Shown here piece after piece: positions 11,768 to 24,530 of a stretch of 64,000 nt of DNA; the first letter of the stretch is position 1; every line of letters starts with the position of its first letter. The position numbers were made by a program, and so were the translations under genes. Below the pieces are notes generated by a model. It saw nothing but the letters and a program-made list of their open reading frames with translations, did not search any database and was not told the origin of the DNA. The stretch spans positions 44,764,001 to 44,828,000 of the forward strand of contig NC_043006.1 of assembly GCF_006345805.1 (NCBI RefSeq), in the 5' to 3' direction. This DNA comes from Octopus sinensis. Its lineage: Eukaryota.

Positions 11768-12765
11768 TACAGGGTGCGATGGGTAAATTGTCACTATTTT
11801 ATATTTTTAATTTCGCGCATGCTCATTGTTTGTTTTTGATTTTGTCGATTACACAGTATAGTAGGGTTAGTTGGACATCGTCTGTGAGAAAAACAGCACC
11901 ATGACCCGATCCACTCTGTCAGAAATTTGAAAATAACATATTGTACTGCTTGGCATTCGTACCGGAAGCTCAAATACGAACATTTCAGAGTATATGGGTG
12001 TCAATCTGAGGACACTGCAATCGGAGGACATGTACCGAGAGTGATAAAAATCAAACATCCAATCAACATCATGGTGTTTGTAGTGATCACTAGTGATGGC
12101 GACGTTATGCTTCCATTCATCTTCCCACACTGCCTCAGTCTCAACAAGGAAATCTACATCAAGTGCCTGGAGGAGGTAGTGCTGTTGGGTCAAGAGGGTG
12201 GTTGCTGGAAGATCCTATGTCTGGCAACAGGACTCTGCGCCATGTCACACACGCGCGAGGACCCAGTTATGGCTGTCAGATAATTCTTGCGACCACATTA
12301 CCCCTACCATCTGGCCACATAACTCACCAGACTGCAACCCCCTTGATTATTATGTGCGAGGCGCAGTTGAGCGAGAGACCAACAAAACTTCTTGTAACAC
12401 CAAAGATGATCTGAAGGCAAGGATTATGGCACCATTCACCAACTTAAACAAGGAGGCGATCCAGAAGAGTTGCAGGAGATCCCAAATTCGCCTGGAGGCC
12501 GTAGTTGAAGCCAATGGCGATTTTATTGAATAAATTTACTCTTTAGTACTCTTTTACTCTTTTACTTGTTTCAGTCATTTGACTGCAGCCATGCTGGAAC
12601 ACCGCCTTTAGTCGAGCAAATCGACCCCGGGACTTATTCTTTGTAAGCCCAGTACTTATTCTATCGGTCTCTTTTGCCAAACCGCTAAGTGACGGGGACG
12701 TAAACACAACAGCATCGGTTGTCAAGCAATGTTAGCGGGACAAACACAGACACACAAACACGCAT

Positions 12766-12800
<35 letters not shown>

Positions 12801-13079
12801 CATATATACGACAGGCTTCTTTCAGTTTCCGTCTACCAAATCCACTCACAAGGCATTGGTCGACCCGGGGCTATAGCAGAAGACACTTGCCCAAGATGCC
12901 ACGCAGTGGAACTGAACCCGGAACCATGTGGGTGGTTAGCAAGCTACTTACCACACAGCCACTCCTGCGCCTATTTCAAGATATTTTTATGTAATCTTGA
13001 TAGATATATCTGTTAAAATGAGATAGTGTTATTTTCATTTTTGCGCAATTTCGCCGATAGTTTATTCACCTCACCTGTA
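11768..13079 (+). mobile_element. Tc1/mariner DD37D (maT-type) element, internally deleted, interrupted by a SINE
   Basis: ORF 12198-12533 has WQQDSAPCH...SPDCNPLDY with 37 residues between the second and third Asp. Degenerate TIRs TACAGGGTG / CACCTGTA. Confidence 0.85.
12545..12973 (-). mobile_element. SINE E, full length, nested in the DD37D element
   Basis: Head TAGGCGCAGGAGTGGCTGTGTGGTAAG and tail (AAAAGAGT)n. The uninterrupted site TTTACTCTTTATATTTCAAG is visible in the sister copy near 14265. Confidence 0.9.
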
Positions 13080-13081
13080 TG

Positions 13082-13133
<52 letters not shown>

Positions 13134-13186
13134 ATATATATACTAATATATATATATATTATTATATATATATATATATATATGCA

Positions 13187-14368
13187 TACAGGTGTGTGGG
13201 TAAATTGTTGCCATTTTATATTTTTAATTGCGTGCATGTGCATTGTTTGTATTTGATTTTGCGGACTACTCAGTACTGTAGGGTCAGTTGGGCATCGTCT
13301 GTGAGAACAAAACAGCATCATGACGCAATTCACTCTGCCAGAAATTTGGAAACGACATGCCGTATTACTTGGCATTCGCGCTGGAAGCTCCCATACGAAA
13401 ACTCACTCTGATAGTTCTGATAAGAAAAGAATTCCTAATTTTGTTGGTGAGATCCAGGCCATGATTGACAGCGATCCTTCTAAGTCAATCAGGTCCATCA
13501 CCAGCGACATGGGAGTGTCTGAGTTTCTTATCAGGTAGGTAGTGCATGAAAACATTCGGTATTCCTCATACAAGATGAGAGAGGGCCAATTTTTTATCCC
13601 AAGCCATCAAGGACAAGAGGAAAGACTGTGCTACGAAGCTTTTGAACAAACTCAAGCATCCGCACCAACCCAACTTGCTTTGGCTTTTCTCAGACGAGAA
13701 AAAATTTCTCCAGGATCAGATGGTGAACAGAGAGAACAACCGTTCGCTTGCCGTGTATCCAAAACATGTACTGAAAGTGATAAAAATCAAACATCCAGTC
13801 AACATTATGGTGTTTAGAGTGTTTACTATTCATCTTCTATTCATCTTCCCACACAGTCTCGGACTCTACACGGAGGCCTACATCAAATGCCTGGAGGAGG
13901 TAGTGCTGCCCTGGGTCAAGAGGGTGGCTGCTGGAAGACCTTATGTCTGGCAACACGACTCTGCATCATACCATACAAACATGAGAAACCAGTCATGGCT
14001 GTCAGACAATTTATGTGACCGCGTCACCCCTATCACCTAGCCACTTAACTCTCTAGACTGCAACCCCCTTGATTATTGTGTGTTGGGAGCAGTTGAGTGA
14101 GAGATCAACAACACTCCTTGTAACACCAAATATGAACTGAAGGCAAGGATTACGGCAGCGTTCACCAACTTAAACAAGGAGGCCATACAGAAGAGTTTCA
14201 GAGGATCCTGAAGTCGTCCGGAGGCCGTGGTTGAAGCTAATGGCGATGTTATTGAATAAATTTACTCTTTATATTTCAAGATATCTTCGTGTAATTTTGG
14301 TTAAAATGAGATGTCAGTGTTATTTTCATTTTTGCGTAATTTCGACAATATATTCACCCCACTGTGTA
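13187..14368 (+). mobile_element. Second DD37D (maT-type) element, degraded
   Basis: WLFSDEKKF and WQHDSASYH motifs in ORF 13642-14040. Ends are homologous to 11768-13079. Confidence 0.85.
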
Positions 14369-14380
14369 TATATATATATA

Positions 14381-14527
14381 TATCAGGTCATCCCATAAGT
14401 TCTGTCCGAATTTTGAATAAAGAAAACAAGTGATTAAAAGTTATATTTAATTGAAATTTAATAATCAATGTATTTTTCTTGATTATCTATGACGTCCTTC
14501 CATCTATTTAGAAGCTTTTTAATCTTC
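14381..14527 (-). mobile_element. Mariner 3' end fragment
   Basis: TIR TATCAGGTCATCCCATAAGTTCTGTCCG. The minus strand encodes KLLNRWKDVIDNQEKYID*. Confidence 0.65.
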
Positions 14528-15991
14528 TAAACTACGCGGCTTCGGTGTGGATGTGCATATATAAATGTGTGTGTGTGTGTGTGTGGATGCCGAAACTTTG
14601 CCGTTTTTGTGGTTTATCAATATTATTTATTATTTATGCGCCCTTTTCAAGCCTAGCCAGGCTCATGGGCCCGGTTTCCAGGTTTCTGTGGAGTATGTGT
14701 TTCCCCCCAACTGGACGGGACGCCAGTCCATCGCAGCGTTACTCAAGAAATAGGAAGAAAGAGTGAGAGAAAGTTGTGGCGAAAGAGTACAACAGGGGTC
14801 ACAGTCATCCCCTGCAGGAGCCTCGTGGAGCTTTAGGTGTTTTCTCTCAATAAACACACACAACGCCCGGTCTGGGAATCGAAACTGCGATTCTCAGACC
14901 GCGAGTCCGCTGCCCTAACCATCGCGCCTCCACAGTTTATCAATATTACATACCTGAATGGAACCGAGGGCAAACTGAATCACCAAGCTATGACTATATG
15001 CAAATAGTGACAATTTCATACGACACTACTACGGAAAATGGGATTTTTTTCTAGCGGTGTCAAATGAAAATGTCACCCATAATTATGGCCCTAGTATCGA
15101 TCTATTGCATTTCAATCTATTTTAGATTTAGGGTTAGAGTTAGGGTGAGTTAGGGTTAGGGGTGGGGGAAGGGTATCTTTTTTCTTCACAAATGTAAATA
15201 AACCCAATCTGTTTCTTAAACGAGGGACATATTCATACAGCACGGAATGTTGTTTACGTCAATGGAGGTAATCGATTGGTTAAAATTGCTGAAATGCTCG
15301 AAATTTCAGACGAAATATCTTACAAACTATAGAATTTTCTCAATAAAGCCAAGAGAAAATGATGTTTTATAAACACATTCTACCAGTATACGAAGTTTAA
15401 AACTTTTTAGTTACCTAGAAATTATGTTACAAAGCGCCGTTCAAAAGGAAAAGATCCCGTAATTTAATTTAATCTTACGTTACATCGTCGTGGTATACCA
15501 GCAAATGGTTCTTACACTATTTGCATATAGTCATAGCTTGGTGATTCAGTTTGCCCTCGGTTCCATTCAGGTATGTAATATTGATAAACTGTGGAGGCGC
15601 GATGGTTAGGGCAGCGGACTCGCAGTCTGAGAATCGCAGTTTCGATTCCCAGACCGGGCGTTGTGTGTGTTTTTTGAGAGAAAACACCTAAAGCTCCACG
15701 AGGCTCCTGCAGGGGATGACTGTGACCCCTGTTGTACTCTTTCGCCACAACTTTCTCTCACTCTTTCTTCTATTTCTTGAGTAACGCTGCGATGGACTGG
15801 CGCCGTCCAGTTGGGGGGAACACATACTCCACAGAACCTGGAAACCGGGCCCATGAGCCTGGCTAGGCTTGAAAAGGGCGCATAAATAATAAATAATATT
15901 GATAAACCACAAAAACGGCAAAGTTTCGGCATCCACACACACACACACACACATTTATATATGCACATCCACACCGAAGCCGCGTAGTTTA
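14528..15991. repeat. Near-perfect inverted duplication, arms 14528-15009 / 15515-15991
   Basis: The arms are reverse complements apart from a few 1-2 nt indels. The ORF track shows the same peptide on both strands (14545 + and 15606 -). Each arm holds a head-B SINE with the GACTGGCGTCCCGTCCAG tail. Confidence 0.9.
15150..15457. mobile_element. Right half of the GGATC fold-back MITE family
   Basis: TTAGGGTTAGAGTTAGGG...CATTCTACCAGTATACGAAG...GTTCAAAAGGAAAAGATCC, as in 11028-11674. Confidence 0.8.
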
Positions 15992-16606
15992 AAAGTTCGC
16001 TTCGCAATCATGTACTCTACCTGATTCGATTTCTCTGCTCCACACAAAGTTTCTTGTTATTAGTCTCGCTTTGACACACACGTTGTGAGAATTTTTTTGT
16101 CAGGAAGCGTGAGAAAGCTCGTTGTATTTGTATGTGTGTATATCTGTATTTTGCACTCCAGCATAAACCGGTGTATCAAGTGGCGTATCTATTGTTAAAC
16201 GTTAAACTAAGTCATGTGTAAAGTAAATCACAAGACGGCAAGTTCGAGGAACCATACAGCAGTAGTAGTATGGCGGAATGCATTTTAATAACGCGTCGCT
16301 GCGTCACCCATTTATTAGTGATACCTACTACGCTTTGTGGATAATGCCTTCGCACCACTTAGGCGACAACCTTCCAAATCATGTGTCGGTTTGGGTAGTT
16401 TTGCTGGTGAGGGTGTTACGAGGCTGGAGTGCAGATCCTACTCCCAACTACTTTCAGTCGACTTTTACGACACACAGAGAAAAAAGTTGGGTCTGTTCTT
16501 TGGCATACCGTTCTCCACACGGCACTAGAATAGCGTGAAATGAAGTACTTTGCTCAAAAACACAAAACGCCGCCCAGTCGAACCCACGATCGCCAAATCG
16601 TGGCTC

Positions 16607-16706
16607 NNNNNNNNNNNNNNNNNNNNNNNNNNNNNNNNNNNNNNNNNNNNNNNNNNNNNNNNNNNNNNNNNNNNNNNNNNNNNNNNNNNNNNNNNNNNNN
16701 NNNNNN
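16607..16706. other. Assembly gap (100 N)
   Basis: Run of N bases. Confidence 1.
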
Positions 16707-16906
16707 AAAATGAACTTCTTATCTTCCATTTTAAAGGGTACAGAATTAACATAGGTTCTAGGAACATAAACCTTCTTCCACGAAAAGCTAGCTTAAACTG
16801 TGCTCTAAATGGGTGTGTTGTCAAAACTTATTTTATGGATTCAACCATGTTTTAAAATAAGTCGAAAGGTAAGCTCCTATAAACGAACTTTCCGGACAAC
16901 CCAATA
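16707..16906 (-). mobile_element. Mariner 5' end (same family as 29531-32040)
   Basis: Ends CGAACTTTCCGGACAACCCAATA (TIR). The body matches 29895-29950 and 30376-30450. Confidence 0.8.
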
Positions 16907-17168
16907 GAAACTGAGAAATAAATAAGAATAACAAAATTTAAAAAAAAAAACTGGGATTGTAGTTCTTTCTAAGGTTAAAGGACTCAACTCAAAATCTGTT
17001 AGAATGCATATCGTTTATATTGGTTTCTAATTTTGATACAGGGCAAGCAAGTTTTTTTGGGGTGGAGGTAAGTCGATTACATCAACCCCAGTTCTTAACG
17101 GGTACTTATTTTATCGACCCCGAAAGGAATATGAACTCAATAGCTCTTTAAAAAATATAAAACTTTAA

Positions 17169-17385
17169 GGTGGCGAGCTGGCAGAATCGTTAGCATATCG
17201 GGCGAAATGTTTAGCAGTATTTCATATGTCTTTACGTCCTGAGTTCAAATTCCGCCGAAGTCGATTTTGCTTTTCATCCTTTCGGGGCTGATAAATTAAG
17301 TACCAGTTGTGTACTGGGGCCGATCTAATTAACTGGTTCCCCCCACCCCCAATTTCGGGCATTGCGCCTATAGTAGAAATGATGA
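17169..17385 (+). mobile_element. SINE A variant with short tail
   Basis: GGTGGCGAGCTGGCAGAATCGTTAGC...TTTCATCCTTTCGGGG...CCCCAATTTCGGGCATTGCGCC. Confidence 0.8.
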
Positions 17386-17884
17386 TTATATAACTTTACA
17401 TTCTCCCGGGCTATAAAGAATAGCATCCTTACAGGGAGAAAATGAGTGTCGTTCGATCAATTTATGGCTGGGAAGAGCAAAAACAGAAGAATTTGAAATA
17501 TCGCAAAAGGTATGATTATTCTTCTGATTCAAGCATAAATACTGTTTAAATTTTGCCAGCGCAAATCATCAACACTTTCATCGGACCCTGGCTTTTATGT
17601 GTTATTTCAGACTAGAAACTAAATCACCGAAAAATCCTTCTGGATAAGAACAAGCTCAAAATAAAGGTAAACAGGCCATGAGATAAAAACAGGAGTGGAT
17701 CTGAAATCAGAAGAATGAGTCCAAGATAACTAAGGAAGGAGAAATCTCTGCATGGACAAATAAAGAAGAAAAAAAAATCAATAATAATTGTGCAACTGTA
17801 AATTAAAGACAGAAATTGAACTTGTGATGTGAGCTGTACACGATCTGTATGGCCACAGACAATTACACCAAGATAGAATAAATC

Positions 17885-18455
17885 AACACGCGCACAGCAC
17901 AGTCCATATGTTCATGTTGAAGACCCTGAGTTTTGTGTTGACGAGGTCTATGATCTCCAGATAGGTCTGAGCATTCTGAAGGCAGCTGTAGCTTTCCCAG
18001 TCCTTGTTGTTATGTCCTGATCTGTTCTGTTCTCCTAGTTGACGTATGCGAAATGACTGGCGAGTCACAAAGTTCTTCATTGATAAGCTCCAAACGTTTG
18101 TGAATAGGTGTATCCGGAACATCCCTCGAGTGAGACTTACAAACAAAAAACTTGTGGGAACAGGCAAAGCAGAAATCACTCGGAAACCAAATCAAGAGAA
18201 AGAAATGGCGTTGACGGGGACATACCCTACGGAAACCTGTTTTTCAATCTTACAAAGTAAACCCTCCGATGGGTACCGCAAGGGAGACTTAAACGTTAAA
18301 GATAAAACATAACATGGGGAAGGTCCATAGAATCTAAAGCACAAGTAAGTGTCTTCACCTGAAGAAAACTAACCCATTACCAAACATCGAGACAGATGGA
18401 GATCTTTTGCTGGCGTCACATGCTCTACATGGAGTTAAAGGATTAAGATGATAAA
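17885..18455 (+). mobile_element. RTE-clade LINE 3' fragment with an inverted 5' segment (17885-18040)
   Basis: Minus piece: DITTRTGKATAAFRMLRPIWRS...NTKLRVFNMNIWTVLCAC. Plus piece: WRVTKFFIDKLQTFVNRCIRNI...GHTLRKP...WVPQG...RDRWRSF. These are consecutive RTE ORF2 motifs. Confidence 0.8.
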
Positions 18456-18673
18456 CCCAGAGGCTTACGTTAACTGAAGATTTTACATTGAACGCCGAGT
18501 AACGTACGACCACACAATCCATCTAATGATAAAATAAATCCTACTAATAATAGAATAAATCTCATGCATTGTTAGATAGGTACACTTCCTTAGGAAAACT
18601 GAAAAATAAATGGGGACAAGCCGGCACTAAGCTGCGGATGTGACTATGACATAACAATAATATTGGAACAAAA

Positions 18674-19083
18674 GGCGACGAGCTGGCAGAAACGTTAGCA
18701 TGCTGGGCGAAATGCTTACCGGTATTTCGTCTGCCGCTACGTTCTGAGTTCAAATTCCGCTGAGGTCGACTTTGCCTTTCATCCTTTCGGGGTCGATTAA
18801 ATTAGTACCACTTACGCACTGGGATCGATATAATCGACTTAATCCGTTTGTCTGTCCTTGTTTGTCCTCTCTGTGTTTAGCCCCTTGTGGGTAGTAAAGA
18901 AATAGGTATTTCGTCTGCCGCTACGTTCTGAGTTCAAATTCCGCCGAGGTCGACTTTGCCTTTCATCCTTTCGGGGTTGATAAATTAAGTACCAGTTACG
19001 CACTGGGGTCGATGTATTCGACTTAGTCTCTTTGTCTGTCCTTGTTTGTCCCCTCTATGTTTAGGCCCTTGTGGGCAATAAAA
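18674..19083 (+). mobile_element. SINE A head-to-tail dimer
   Basis: A full copy is followed by a copy lacking the A box. Junction AAAGAAATAG|GTATTTCGTCTG near 18905. Confidence 0.9.
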
Positions 19084-19734
19084 AAAATATCTGGAGCACA
19101 TTGACGAGAAGATCAGCTCGAACCTCTTATATTATCATATCATAATCCAGGAAAGAAACGAAAGCCTGTATACTTGAATTTTCTTGGAGTTCCACGCAGG
19201 ATTTCTCTCCTGCTAGAAATGGATATCGAGTGCGAAAGTGTACTGAATAACCAGATGGAGGAGATGTCTTCCCGGGTTTAAAATAGCAGGACCGCTGGTT
19301 CTTAGAGAACACCGACGTTAAAGTGGCAATAGATACTGCATTTTGGTTCGAAAACTGCTTCCATCTCGAACATGATTTTCTAACGGACTAGTTTGCTAGT
19401 TTCAAGATCTGTGATTGCATGACACTGTATTTTATATATATATATTGCAAGCAAGATCAGACTAATGCCATGCCTGGGTAAAAGAGCGCCCAACACTGAA
19501 TGATCGAATAAGATCGAAATCACGTGAACTGGTGGTCTCTGAGCTAGGGTTGTAGGAGTTCTCTACCGATTGCAATGAATATCGAATGCGAAAACGCACT
19601 GAATAACCAACTGGAGGAGATGTCCTCATAGGGTTAAAATAACATTATCGTCGGTTCTTAGATAAACTCTACTTTTTGGTTCGTATATTACTTGTATCTC
19701 AAACACACACATATCTATCTATCTATCTCTATCT

Positions 19735-19785
<51 letters not shown>

Positions 19786-19804
19786 CTATCTATCTATCTG
19801 TCTA

Positions 19805-19839
<35 letters not shown>

Positions 19840-19845
19840 GCCTGT

Positions 19846-19906
<61 letters not shown>

Positions 19907-19989
19907 TGCCTATTTGGTTTTTGTATTTGGTTTGCAAGATTCTTTATGTGAATTCGTGTGTTGTATGTAAGTAAACAGATAAATAAGGA

Positions 19990-20286
19990 GCACACCGTCG
20001 GTTACGACGACGAGGGTCCCTGTTAATACGACCAACGTGCAAGTGGCTGAGCACTCCACAAACACGTGTACCCTTAACGTAGTTCTCAGGGAGATTCAGT
20101 GTGAAATAGTGTGTGACACGGCTGGCCCTTTGAAATACAGGTACCACTCATTTTTGCCAGCTGAGTGGACTGGAGCAACGTGAAATAAAGTGTCTTGCTC
20201 AAGGACACAATGCAACGCCGGGAATTGAACTCACGACCTTACGATCATGAGCGGAGTGCCCTAACCACTAAGCTACATGCTTTCAC
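19990..20286 (-). mobile_element. SINE head C with tail W
   Basis: Reverse complement of the 6160-type element, ending GTCGTCGTAACCGACGG. Confidence 0.85.
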
Positions 20287-20289
20287 GGA

Positions 20290-20534
20290 TATAAATAAGT
20301 AGATAGATAGGTACATAGCTAATAAGGATAGGCAAGCATACACACACACACACACACACCACACACACATACACACACACACATACACACAGGCATACAC
20401 AAAAGAAGGCTGAAACACATGATCATATGCACATACGCACACATACGCACACATACGCACACATACGCACACAAGGATACATATGGAAACACACATCCAT
20501 ACATAACAGACGCACATACGTAGTCACACAAACC

Positions 20535-20565
<31 letters not shown>

Positions 20566-20856
20566 GGGGAAACAGGTACACACACACAAGGAAACAGGTA
20601 CACACACACAAACACATGAACATACAAAGACATGGAAACATGAATAAGCAGAATACATACATACAAACGTACACAAACACACACACATACACACACATAT
20701 GCATACACACACATATGCATACACACTTATACATACATACACACACACACATACACACGTACGTACATACATACATACATACATACATACATACATACAT
20801 ACATACATACATACATACATACATACATACATACATACATAACATACACACGTACG

Positions 20857-20887
<31 letters not shown>

Positions 20888-20900
20888 GTGTATATACATG
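20290..20900. repeat. Compound microsatellite (CA)n/(CATA)n/(CACATACG)n
   Basis: Direct reading of the sequence. Confidence 0.9.
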
Positions 20901-21048
20901 CACACTGATGCACTCACATGCGTACAAACAAACAGACAAAAAGAACGCAGCTCGGATAATAGACAGAGTCAACGACTATTGAAAAGGTTGCAAGATACCA
21001 GGAAAATTTTAGAAAAAGTAAATAAGTAAATGAGTGGAGATCGAAACG

Positions 21049-21935
21049 GTATTTCCTCTGCCGCTACGTTCTGAGTTCAAATTCCGCCGAGGTCGACTTT
21101 GCCTTTCATCCTTTCGGGGTCGATATAATCGACTTAATCCGTTTGTCTGTCCTTGTTTGTCCTCTCTGTGTTTAGCCCCTTGTGGGTAGTAAAGAAATAG
21201 ATATTTCGTTTGCCGCTACATTCTGAGTTTCGATTCCGCCGAGGTCGACTTTGCCTTTCATCCTTTCGGGGTCGATTAAATAAGTACCAGTCACGCACTG
21301 GGGTCGATGTAATCGACTTAATCCGTTTGTCTGTCCTTGTTTGTCCTCTCTGTGTTTAGCCCCTTGTGGGTAGTAAAGAAATAGGTACTTCCTCTGCCGC
21401 TACATTCTGAGTTTCGATTCCGCCGAGGTCGACTTTGCCTTTCATCCTTTCGGGGTCGATTAAATAAGTACCAGTCACGCACTGGGGTCGATGTAATCGA
21501 CTTAATCCGTTTGTCTGTCCTTGTTTGTCCTCTCTGTGTTTAGCCCCTTGTGGGTAGTAAAGAAATAGGTACTTCCTCTGCCGCTACATTCTGAGTTTCG
21601 ATTCCGCTGAGGTCGACTTCGCCTTTCTTCCTTTCGGGGTCGATTAAATAAGTACCAGTCACGCACTGGGGTCGATGTAATCGACTTAATCCGTTTGTCT
21701 GTCCTTGTTTGTCCTCTCTGTGTTTAGCCCCTTGTGGGTAGTAAAGAAATAGATATTTCGTTTGCCGCTACGTTCTGAGTTCCAATTCCGCTGAGGTCGA
21801 CTTCGCCTTTCATCCTTTCGGGGTCGACTAAATAAGAACCAGTTACGCACTGGGGTCGATATAATCGACTAAATCCCTTTGTCTGTCCTTGTTTGTCCCC
21901 TCTATGTTTAGCCCTTTGTGGGCAATAAAGAAGCA
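21049..21935 (+). repeat. Tandem array of five headless SINE A units, 184-bp period
   Basis: Units start at 21049, 21201, 21385, 21569 and 21753. The first carries a ~32-bp deletion. Confidence 0.9.
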
Positions 21936-22137
21936 AGAAACGTTGGCATGCTAAGCAAAATGCTTAGTGGTATTTCGTCTGTCTTTACGTTTTGAGTTCA
22001 AATTCCGCCGATGTCGACTTTGCCTTTCATCCTTTCGAGGTCGATAACTTAAATACCAGTTGCGTACTGGAGTCGATCTTATCGACTGGCCCCCTCCCCC
22101 CCAAATTCGGGCCTTGTACCTAGGGTAGAAAGGAAAA

Positions 22138-22171
<34 letters not shown>

Positions 22172-22210
22172 TGTGTGTGTGTGTGTGTGCGTGCGTGCGT
22201 GCGCGTGTGC

Positions 22211-22259
<49 letters not shown>

Positions 22260-22362
22260 TAAGCAAGATGTTTAGAGGCATTTCGTCCAGCTTTAAGTTC
22301 TGAGTTCAAATACCGCCGAGGTCGGCTTCGCCTTTCATCCTTTTGGGGTCGATAAATTAAGT
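21936..22362 (+). mobile_element. Two further SINE A copies separated by (TG)n(TA)n
   Basis: GAGTTCAAAT(T/A)CCGCCGA...TTTCATCCTTT cores near 22000 and 22310. Confidence 0.75.
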
Positions 22363-22398
22363 ATTATCGAGACATTAAACTCGCCAAATAGCAGGCCT

Positions 22399-22488
<90 letters not shown>

Positions 22489-24456
22489 TATATGTATATC
22501 AGCATATACGCACCCCCACCCACATATATAATGGACTCGGCCGTCGAAAACAACACATAAATATCGGAGTATCGCTGAGCAACATACGATGAAGTGTTTT
22601 GCTCAAGAACACAACGCACCATTCGGTCTCGGAATTGAAATCACGACCTAGCGATCCTGAGTGCAACATCTTAGCCACTAAGCCATGCACCCTCCTATAT
22701 ATCTTCAATAAAGTATACTGTGAAGCAAGGAAATATTCACTTCTCTTCCCATGGATTTTCAGTTCAATAGAGTTACTTCCCTTGCACCAATCTGGGAAAA
22801 TATCAAAAACAAACTGAATGACATAAAAAAATCTGTCAAGATTGTATAGTTTTTATTATATAAAGATACCCTGATAGGATTTTCCCACGGACTATCTTTT
22901 TCCACATTCATAATATGCGTACTCTTTACTTCTCAAGCTCCTTCTCCTTCTTCTGCTTTCTCCTTGCTTCTCTTAAATCCATATATTCAGTAATTCTATT
23001 TGGTGATAGTCTTCTCACTTGTGTATACATGTATTTATAAAATATATATAGGCTTTAAACTAAATCTTCTGGTAGGGCCCTGACTTTTGGAGTCCCAGGG
23101 TTTTGAAAAATGTGGCACCACCTCTTAGCCTCTGATGTTTTCAAGTCTGCTAAACCCGGAGTAGTAGCACTTATGCTCCCATGTATGGGTTAATCAACAT
23201 GTTACGGATGAAACTCCAAGCACAAACTCTCATTGCGTGATGAGTGCTTTGGGAAAGTAAACCCCGACAGAAAATTAAGGAGTGGAGTCCTTCAGGCGGT
23301 CCGGTGTCCTCTTTGACACTTTCCAGTGTAGGTAGAATACTCCAGCCCTGTAAGGCAATTTACCTAGGAGAGGGACACTCCAATGTAATACCTATAGTTT
23401 GCTAGTCACCGAAACCGTCTTAGCCTCCCGAGCCTAACTGAAAGTCTAAAGAGTGGGGTCGGATTGTATGAACTTTCACTTTAAAACTACTAAGCGCTGA
23501 CAGGAAGAAAAGTCCTGCTGCATCAAGGATTGCTTTGCATGGCCCCTTGAGGGTGTTCCATTCTTCATGACCTTCGAATGCGAAGAAATTGCCATCACCA
23601 ACCCGAAACTTAGATTCTTTATCCCTTAATTTCATTTACTCTATTTAGCTTCGTTTTAAACAATCCTTAATGCAATTGCTTTCAGACAGTTTTTCTAAAT
23701 CAGTGACAGTGGTTGGTGTGAAAAACGTTAAATATTATTTGCAAGGGGTCTCCTTTATCGAAAACCGGTGTTTACCATGCGTTGACGAGAGGCAATTACC
23801 TTGAAACTATAGTCCGTATGTAGCACTTAGGTTTTCGAGGGAGGATGACCTCCCTTTGCAATTAACACAAGGGCACTGAGATTGTGTCTAAAGTCCATCT
23901 GGTGACGTTGATCGCCTGGGGCTAAAAGCATCAGTAACACCCCACCCCCAGTGGCTAGCCACATTCAGATGGCTAGTACACCTTACGCAATCCTTAATGG
24001 TTATTGTTTTATACGCAAAGCGAAGAGGAAGACATTAGATGTCCCGTTTAAATATTTCACAAATTTAAACAATCATAAAAAGGAAACCATTTGCTTCTTT
24101 GGCATCCTTGTATGGTTCAACACCAATAGTTTTTTTTATGGACAAGGCCACTGTAACGGAAACAATGACGTCTCCTCAAGTTGTTTGGCTCTTTGCTAAG
24201 TTAGAGATCATTTCGTTTGAAAAGGAGATAATTAATATTCCTGATAATCATCCATAGTAAGTCAGCCGACGTATTGGATTGTTTAGCAAACGTTCCAATT
24301 GAAGATTCAATAGAGTGATCTCCCATGCACTGTTTAACTTGAAATAGTACTTTGGAATATATAATGAGGGGAAAAAGAAAACAAAACAAAACATGAAAAC
24401 CGAATGATTTCAGAAAATAACTTTCAATAATATTACGTGTGCATTGGTGTGTGTGT

Positions 24457-24530
<74 letters not shown>

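Noticed and set aside
19190-19680. Diverged ~100-bp direct repeat pair with a possible hammerhead remnant on the minus strand
   Set aside because: The repeat is real, but neither copy has both the CTGATGA and GAAAC cores, so the ribozyme call is unsupported.
21049-21935. CRISPR-like regular array
   Set aside because: These are contiguous 184-bp SINE-derived units with no unique spacers, no cas genes and a eukaryotic context.
23170-23470. Possible RTE 5' UTR with an HDV-like ribozyme (GCCTCC...CTAACT)
   Set aside because: I could not build the nested double pseudoknot by eye, and no ORF follows.
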